Of a stretch of 64,000 bases of DNA, positions 62,074 to 64,000 are shown piece after piece (positions within the stretch are counted from its first letter, which is position 1; every line of letters begins with the position of its first letter). A model generated the notes under the pieces. It worked only from the letters and a program-made list of their open reading frames with translations. It searched no databases and was not told the DNA's origin. The position numbers were made by a program, and so were the translations under genes. The DNA comes from Felis catus (Eukaryota), in assembly GCF_018350175.1 (NCBI RefSeq), contig NC_058368.1:140866001-140930000 (forward strand). Reading direction: 5' to 3'.

Positions 62074-63499
62074 GTACTGCTTCAGGTTCAGCTTCGGAAC
62101 TTTTTTTCCTCTTGGGACAAAATGGCTGATGAACGTGGATTTTTTTTTTTTTTAAATGGCCTAAGATGTTGTAAGTCCAGGTTGAAGAACAAAACGCCAA
62201 CTCACCTCAGCAGGTGGCGGCTGAGATTCCTCTTGATGCTCCTCCTGAAGTAATTGCCCATTAGCTGCTTCCCCACTCCCATTCTTGCCCCGTCCTGTCC
62301 TCCTCATCATGTCCTTTCTCTTTCTGCTGTGAGAGCTCAGTGTACTAGAGCCTGCAGACAACAAATAGGCCTCCAGACCCCCCAGCCACACAGGTCCGTG
62401 GCACAGTGGGCAGGAAACACTCAGTGGCAATTGCTGTTGGGAATCACTGGCTGAGTTTAACAGGTGTGGATCCTTTTCCTGCTACAGTGATGCTCTTGTT
62501 TGTCAAAGACTACAGTCTTGTCCTTGGAACCTTTGATCTCTGTACCCACATACTTCGGACCAGCAAAGCTGCGGCCTGACTTGTTAAGCATCGCTGAACT
62601 TGGAAGAAAACTGCTGGGGACACTGATCATTTCACAGTATGTACAATGAATAGGAGGTAAAGTTACTCTTTAGGTTATTGCTGTCCTCCCTTTTCCTCAA
62701 TGTACTGTCTTCAATGTCACCGTCCTGTAATGTCACCGTCCCTTAGGAGTGAGACCCCCTGTGGGCTTCGTCACCGTCTCCCCTGCTTTCCTAGCCAAGT
62801 TCTGGGAAGGAGCTTCTCCAGAGTGCTTGCAAAGTGTGGGGCTGACCCAGTCCTAAGACCTAGAAATTATGCACCCAGCAACTCTTCCACTTGCCTGCCC
62901 CACACCCCAGGGCAGGGGACAAGGGTGTTTGGAATGGAGGGATGGGCATGGGAAAGTTCTCTTGCTTTTAGAATTAAGGAGTGATGCAGCCGGTCCACCG
63001 CCTACAGGGTATGACTCAGTGGAAGAAAGTGTAATGCTTCCCTCTCATGCTGCTCTCCTCAGAGCTGTCTGCCATCACCCAGGGCAGTAAGCAGCACCGG
63101 GTCCCCAAATTCCTCCTTGACCTCTGCTTAAATCCATCATCTCACATGTCATTCCTTAGGATCCCCTTCCATGTGACAACAGTGGGGAGTGGGTCTTAAG
63201 TGGCCCACCTTTGAATTTATTATGGGAATGGTTGTCAGCAAAACAGCCAAAGGGATCTGTACTTCCTTATTTGGATGACTGTCAGGAATTAGGATTCCAA
63301 GATGTAGACCACAACACAGCTGTGGGTCGGAAATGACAAACACGTCCCTGAAGAGGCTGTTCCGCATTAGGTAGTCTGAAAGAATCTTGTTTGAGCTGGA
63401 AGGCCAGCCTGGATGTTTACTTTGAGAAAAAGAAACATCTGATACATTCAGGGAGTCATAAGGCAAGTTTGTTTTTCAGCATGGTCCATCTGGTACTAG

Positions 63500-63880
63500 G
63501 AGTCGTTTAAGTCAGTTTCTCAGTCATCTCTAGAGGCGGATTCTGAGGTTCCTCTACAGGCTATTTTGATTCAGCAAGTCTGAGTTAGGACCCAGGAATA
63601 TGCGTTGCTCACAAACTGCCCAGCCCCTCTTTCCCCTCTCCTGGTGATTGTTATCATTATGGAAGTGGAGAAAATATTTATTTAAAACAATGATTCTTAA
63701 ACTGTAGTCCCCCCCCCCCTCCGAAAGACCAGAAGGGCTTGTGAAGACACCCCTTCCCCCTTAGAGTTCCTGATTTTGTAGATCTGGCCAGGGCCTGAGT
63801 ATTTGCATTTGTAACAGGTTCTCAGGTGACGCTGATGTTGCTGTGCCAGAGACCACACCCTTTGAGAAGCACTGATTTAA
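63500..63880. mobile_element. Two MER5-type (hAT-Charlie) fragments
   Basis: GATTCAGCAAGTCTGAGTTAGGACCCAGGAATATGC; TTTGCATTTGTAACAGGTTCTCAGGTGACGCTGATG..CTTTGAGAAGCACTG. Confidence 0.6.
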
Positions 63881-64000
63881 ACAACACAGTTACCCTGTGC
63901 GAATCCTTTGCATTGGAAACCCTTTTACTACTCTGCTAGGACTGAGGGGTGGGCTGGATGTTTGTGGATCAGACAGTTCAGGAGTTGTACTACATTTGGA

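Noticed and set aside
62713..62780. Short direct repeat AATGTCACCGTCC twice plus a partial third copy
   Set aside because: Consistent with simple slippage duplication; no other supporting structure.
1..64000. Excess of minus-strand SINEs as a sign of a hidden long transcription unit or a novel system
   Set aside because: The sample is small and insertions are non-independent (nested); no exons or second gene are detectable in the flanks.

Overview
This is mammalian genomic DNA, almost certainly felid (cat-type tRNA-derived Can-SINEs and carnivore L1 throughout). It holds one intact protein-coding gene, CRHBP (corticotropin-releasing hormone-binding protein), on the + strand. Its 7 coding exons are 27478-27555, 27914-28007, 28289-28446, 29814-30024, 32238-32386, 36442-36559 and 39195-39352, all with GT-AG introns, giving 966 nt = 321 aa + TGA. 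The gene has a TATA/CRE promoter, a CpG island over exons 2-3 and an AATAAA at 39935. The rest is intergenic or intronic and rich in repeats: about 35 Can-SINEs (many with readable target-site duplications, TSDs), L1 fragments of several ages, two ERV solo LTRs, MaLR LTRs, L2, MIR, MER5-type elements, microsatellites and a 13-14 bp minisatellite in intron 5. I see no evidence for a new multi-gene system, and most listed ORFs are repeat or GC artefacts. The strongest structural findings are (1) an apparent L1 3' transduction at 54882-56517, (2) a ~184 bp, ~94%-identical inverted templated duplication at 18664-18846 / 19776-19959, and (3) two ultra-short poly(A)/L1-tail insertions with long TSDs. 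Candidate truncating events in CRHBP intron 5 are more speculative. Repeat family names and human CRHBP comparisons are from recall, not database searches.
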